A DNA stretch of 64,000 nucleotides from a virus. Taxonomy: Duplodnaviria > Caudoviricetes. The notes under the pieces are model-generated. The model did no database searches, had not been told where the DNA came from, and worked only from the letters and a program-made list of their open reading frames with translations. Positions 60,387-64,000 of the stretch are shown here, piece by piece; within the stretch, counting starts at the first letter, position 1, and every line of letters starts with the position of its first letter. Where the stretch lies: positions 32,001-96,000 of IMG/VR virus record IMGVR_UViG_3300028833_000057, one strand, 5' to 3'. The position numbers were made by a program, and so were the translations under genes.

Positions 60387-60962
60387 TTATAGTGAGATAG
60401 CACATTTTTCTATATACTTAAAAGGTAGATTTCTTACATATAATGCATTTAATATTGTTTTACAAGATAAACCAGATATTTCTGACATTTCGTTTACAGT
60501 CCTTTCAGGAGAGTACCACTTGCCAATCTCTAGATCTCGTTTCAATCTAAAATATTCTAGCTTATGCCTATATAAAAATGCGCTTACATTATCTAATGGA
60601 ATGCCTGATAGCAAACTCATCTCTCTTGCTGTCAAATTCTTATTATAGAATTTCATAAATTCTTCAAAAGTATATTTTGCACAGTATTTATGTCCAGGTA
60701 ACTTCTTAGCTTTTTTATAGGGTAATTTATTACGTGATAATACATTATAAATACAATGAAAGGGAAGCCCGGATATTTCAGACATTTCTTTTATGGTTCT
60801 CTTACTATTATACCATTCAGGTATTGGCTGCCTTCTATCTTCTCTTTTACATTTTAAGTGATGCCTATAAATATATCTATATACTCTTTTACGAGATATT
60901 CCAGCCTTTTTAACCATTTCGTTTATGGTACAATTTTCATCGTACCATTCAGGAAGATCCAT
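60387..60962 (-). CDS. tandem HTH-repeat protein (4 repeats)
   Basis: LPEWY/IPEWY/FMKFY/IGKWY repeats; AAGGAGGT RBS. Confidence 0.8.
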   Translation of the reverse strand: MDLPEWYDENCTINEMVKKAGISRKRVYRYIYRHHLKCKREDRRQPIPEWYNSKRTIKEMSEISGLPFHCIYNVLSRNKLPYKKAKKLPGHKYCAKYTFEEFMKFYNKNLTAREMSLLSGIPLDNVSAFLYRHKLEYFRLKRDLEIGKWYSPERTVNEMSEISGLSCKTILNALYVRNLPFKYIEKCAISL

Positions 60963-60998
60963 ACAAACCTCCTTGTTAAGTGTTATGAATTTTCCATT

Positions 60999-61036
60999 AT
61001 TTAATATATAGCGTGGGTCATAGAATTTACGAAAAA
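60999..61036 (-). repeat. 38-bp direct repeat (promoter unit), copy 2
   Basis: Identical to 60328-60365. Confidence 0.9.
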
Positions 61037-61069
61037 AAAAAAATAAGGATGTAGAGTCCTTATTCTTTT

Positions 61070-61384
61070 TTAGAGATCACTTATCAACTCTTCAAAAGGT
61101 ACGCCTTCAGCACCCTTACTCAAGAAGCTGAGCCACGTCTTGCAGATCGGGCCGTTAAGCAGCTCTTTGCAGAGCTGCTGGAATGAGTTCCAAGCCTTGC
61201 GTTCAAAGTTGACTGCCCAGAGCTTATCTGGGCCATCATAGGCGCCTTCTACATAGAAGGCGCCATCCTTCTTCTTAGAAAGGGAGACCAGACCGTCATT
61301 GCCCCAGGACTTTGCGTTCCCAAGGCAAGGCATGATCTTTACCTCAGAGTCACTTATTTTTTTAATCAGTTTTTCTTTTTCCAT
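61070..61384 (-). CDS. hypothetical protein (elevated GC)
   Basis: 104 aa; GAGG RBS; single-gene cassette. Confidence 0.7.
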   Translation of the reverse strand: MEKEKLIKKISDSEVKIMPCLGNAKSWGNDGLVSLSKKKDGAFYVEGAYDGPDKLWAVNFERKAWNSFQQLCKELLNGPICKTWLSFLSKGAEGVPFEELISDL

Positions 61385-61543
61385 GGTATCCTCGCTTTAT
61401 TTATAGACCAACTTTATTGTTAATCCGATTTATAATATACTAAGGATCTTAGAAATTTTACGAAAAGAAAAAAGAAATGGCATAACCATTTCTTCAAATC
61501 TGTATCCATAATGGATCTAACGTCCATTACAGTCTTTGCTGCT

Positions 61544-61939
61544 TTATGCAACATTGAAAGTCAGCTTTTCCTTCATAGGCTTAGCGACGTAAATCTTGGC
61601 CTTCTTGATATTACGGTCAAGACCGCTTTCAGTAGTGATTATCCCAAGCGTCTTACGAAGCGTCTGTTTAATACCACACTCGCCAAGTTCCTGGAATGGA
61701 ATATTATGTGCTCTAGTAATAAGACTTTTCGTTCCAGAGACATACGTGATGTCTTCAATAAGAACGAACCTAACGATGCTATTAGACACCGCGTAGATAT
61801 CCTTTACAGTGCACACGGAATAATACTGATTCCGTACTGCCTTGACAAAGATACTATTGGAATGCTTTTTGAGCAACTGTTCAAGAATTACCCGATTCTC
61901 AAGCGAGAGAGCTTCGGGTTCCAATTTGTCATCAGCCAT
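61544..61939 (-). CDS. hypothetical protein
   Basis: 131 aa; GGGAGGT RBS and TATATTAAA promoter on the minus strand. Confidence 0.75.
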   Translation of the reverse strand: MADDKLEPEALSLENRVILEQLLKKHSNSIFVKAVRNQYYSVCTVKDIYAVSNSIVRFVLIEDITYVSGTKSLITRAHNIPFQELGECGIKQTLRKTLGIITTESGLDRNIKKAKIYVAKPMKEKLTFNVA

Positions 61940-62030
61940 AAAACCTCCCTATTTTGAATTACAGCTACTATTTAATATATGTCATGACATATAGAATTTA
62001 CGAAAAATAAAAAGCCCCGAAGGGCTTATA

Positions 62031-62561
62031 TTACTTTGTAGCTGGTTCATCAAGCTCTTTAACATTGCAAATAAGCTTGTGTTCAAGTGATTTATTCAAG
62101 TCTGTGATAGCAAGATGCATAGCTAATTTGACTTGCAGCTTTACCTCTTTTTCTGTAATCGGTTTCAAATACTTGGTATACAAATCTTGTGTAAAATCAC
62201 TCTCTACTTTGATTTCTCTTGTAGTACGATCTTTTTCTATAATGATACGGATATAAGTTCCTATTTCGCATTCTCTAGCATAAGATCCAAATTCACTGAT
62301 AAGGATCTTTCCAGCTTTTTTAATGTAATAAAAACAAATTTCTCCAAAAGATTTATCTTTACGATAATCACGTATAAACCAATGATGCTCATAGTTAATA
62401 TCTTTTTCACGGCATTCTATAGCTTTTCTAATCTCCTCTTGTTTATTTTTTAAGGCGACCAGCTTATGTTTATCTTCATTTAAAGTCCGTTCAATATCAT
62501 AAATAGACTTTGAAATAGAACTATACTGTTCTTCTAGTGTCTTTTCTTCTTTCTTAGACAT
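62031..62561 (-). CDS. hypothetical protein
   Basis: 176 aa; GAGGA RBS; N-terminal coiled coil. Confidence 0.75.
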   Translation of the reverse strand: MSKKEEKTLEEQYSSISKSIYDIERTLNEDKHKLVALKNKQEEIRKAIECREKDINYEHHWFIRDYRKDKSFGEICFYYIKKAGKILISEFGSYARECEIGTYIRIIIEKDRTTREIKVESDFTQDLYTKYLKPITEKEVKLQVKLAMHLAITDLNKSLEHKLICNVKELDEPATK

Positions 62562-62664
62562 ATGTTTCCTCTAGGGTTAAAGAATTCAAATCTTAATATA
62601 AATCTTCCTAAGAAAAATCTTCGAAAAAAAAAAGAAAAGGCCTACTTGAAAGTAAGCCTTGTTA

Positions 62665-62865
62665 TTAGTATTGCTTTTTCTTTTCTGCAAGTTTAGCGTT
62701 CAGTTCTTCAATAGTCTTCTCAAGGTAGTCGAAATATGCATCTGCATGTGACTTCAAATAATACTGTTGCCCTTCGGCTTTATTGCCGAAATCGTCTTCA
62801 CATTTTCCAGTAATATCGACATAGATTCCAGTTTCTTCCGGTCTTTTGACTTGTTCGTTGCTCAT
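62665..62865 (-). CDS. small hypothetical protein
   Basis: AAGGAG RBS before MSNEQ. Confidence 0.7.
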   Translation of the reverse strand: MSNEQVKRPEETGIYVDITGKCEDDFGNKAEGQQYYLKSHADAYFDYLEKTIEELNAKLAEKKKQY

Positions 62866-62945
62866 TGTAACTCCTTTTTGAGCTGTACATATTATAATAT
62901 ACAAATAAAAAAAATAAAGGCCTACCCGAAGATAGACCTATTTAT

Positions 62946-63131
62946 TTAGCGACGTCTTGGTCTGATATAATCAAGAATATCTCTTATTACTGCCTTTTTC
63001 TTATCATCTAAAGACATAAGACTGTTAGTGATGTACTTCGTAGCTTTTATAATATCACCAAAGTTATATTTAGAAATTGGTTTACTAAGAAATTCTTCTT
63101 CCGTAGAAGTTTCTTTGTTACGTGTATACAT
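62946..63131 (-). CDS. small hypothetical protein
   Basis: 61 aa; GAGGT RBS. Confidence 0.65.
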   Translation of the reverse strand: MYTRNKETSTEEEFLSKPISKYNFGDIIKATKYITNSLMSLDDKKKAVIRDILDYIRPRRR

Positions 63132-63150
63132 AGTTTACCTCTAAAAGTTT

Positions 63151-63999
63151 CTAATTTTCATCTTCAAGGTCGGCAAACTCAGATAGGATCTTGTCTCTAA
63201 TCCAGATTGTTGGATGAGGCCAAAGATACCAGTCGCCCGGTTCACCTATATGGCTTTCATCCTCTGCGGCTTGCTTCTTATAATAATTGAGATAGAATAT
63301 AGGATTGCGCTGAATCTCAGCTACAGCTACATCCACCATTTTTGAAACAGTAAGATCTTCCAAGAAGGATAGTTTGTTAGTCTGAAAAGCTGTTCTTATA
63401 GAATTAATGAGATTCGCATTTTGTACTGTCTTGGCTTTAAATAAGAACAACACGAGCTGATTCCAGGATGATCCCACTTTCGGATTTCCTAATTTATCTT
63501 GCCTAGCTTCGGTAAAACTGTCTATGATTTTCTGGCTAAATAAGTCAAAATGATTGAAACGTCCATTTTTAGTATCTCTCAAGAACTTGCATAAGCCATC
63601 TATAGAGCGCTTAAGTCTTCCTAAATCTAGATGGCCTTTGTCAAACATTTGTATTCTTGAGTTTATTCGTTCGACTGTACAAGCTCCACTGGCAAGAATC
63701 GTGTTATACTTATATTTGTATTTTATAACATCGCTGCATATTTCTAGGGAATTCTCGAAATATCTTTTCTTAAGATACATGACATAAAGAGCCATGCAAT
63801 ATCTAGAGAATTTCGGAAATGCCGTAAATAGCGGATTTTTATAATTTGGATACATATAATCAAACATTGCCGTATTAAGATCAGACAAGAATGTTTTTAT
63901 TTCTGGAATCATGACTTTTTTGTTAAATCTAACTATACGTTTTAAATCGTTAATGAGCTTATAGCTCTTATAATCAACATTCTCCATTAAATTTGTCAA
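63151..63999 (-). CDS. hypothetical protein (5' end may lie outside the window)
   Basis: Open frame running to the window edge. Confidence 0.7.
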   Translation of the reverse strand: MTNLMENVDYKSYKLINDLKRIVRFNKKVMIPEIKTFLSDLNTAMFDYMYPNYKNPLFTAFPKFSRYCMALYVMYLKKRYFENSLEICSDVIKYKYKYNTILASGACTVERINSRIQMFDKGHLDLGRLKRSIDGLCKFLRDTKNGRFNHFDLFSQKIIDSFTEARQDKLGNPKVGSSWNQLVLFLFKAKTVQNANLINSIRTAFQTNKLSFLEDLTVSKMVDVAVAEIQRNPIFYLNYYKKQAAEDESHIGEPGDWYLWPHPTIWIRDKILSEFADLEDEN

Positions 64000-64000
64000 A

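Noticed and set aside
50419-60962. HTH-repeat genes as homing endonucleases or transposases
   Set aside because: No HNH, GIY-YIG, LAGLIDADG, PD-(D/E)xK or DDE motif; repeats fill essentially the whole proteins
61511-61957. 148-aa plus-strand ORF
   Set aside because: Antisense shadow of 61544-61939, which has the RBS, promoter and regional strand orientation
54294-62026. Recurring intergenic repeats as a CRISPR array or integron attC sites
   Set aside because: Spacing is hundreds of bp and filled with genes; the units are explained by a terminator plus promoter; no cas or integrase gene in the window

Overview
AT-rich (about 30-35% GC by eye), gene-dense segment of a jumbo bacteriophage that encodes its own multisubunit RNA polymerase (AR9/PBS1- or phiKZ-like organisation). 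The left third is a late structural block: putative virion proteins, a 1988-aa fibre-like protein, a 1534-aa unsplit RNAP beta subunit, a 2129-aa tape-measure-like protein with a C-terminal M15 peptidase, and a baseplate/tube-initiator-like protein. The middle holds RusA, an HU-like protein, an Ig-like virion operon, a ferritin-like protein, a PspA homologue, a dCMP deaminase, a CYTH protein, a neck-like protein and the prohead protease. The standout is a translationally coupled minus-strand operon (about 38.5-44.0 kb) encoding a ubiquitin-like conjugation set: E2-like (HPNV..G.IC), E1/ThiF, an HTH-fused beta-grasp Ubl ending in -FNA rather than -GG, a JAB/JAMM peptidase, and three unknown proteins. 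The right quarter is an array of early-gene cassettes separated by repeated terminator+promoter units; it includes five paralogous proteins built from tandem ~40-aa HTH-like repeats. Two promoter motifs recur: TATATTAAA (early-type) and AAC(A/T)-N6-TG (late-type, matching the AR9 late consensus). Three promoter-to-terminator intervals without a credible ORF are candidate ncRNAs. No tRNA, rRNA, CRISPR array or transposase was recognised. All family calls come from motif recognition by eye, not database searches.
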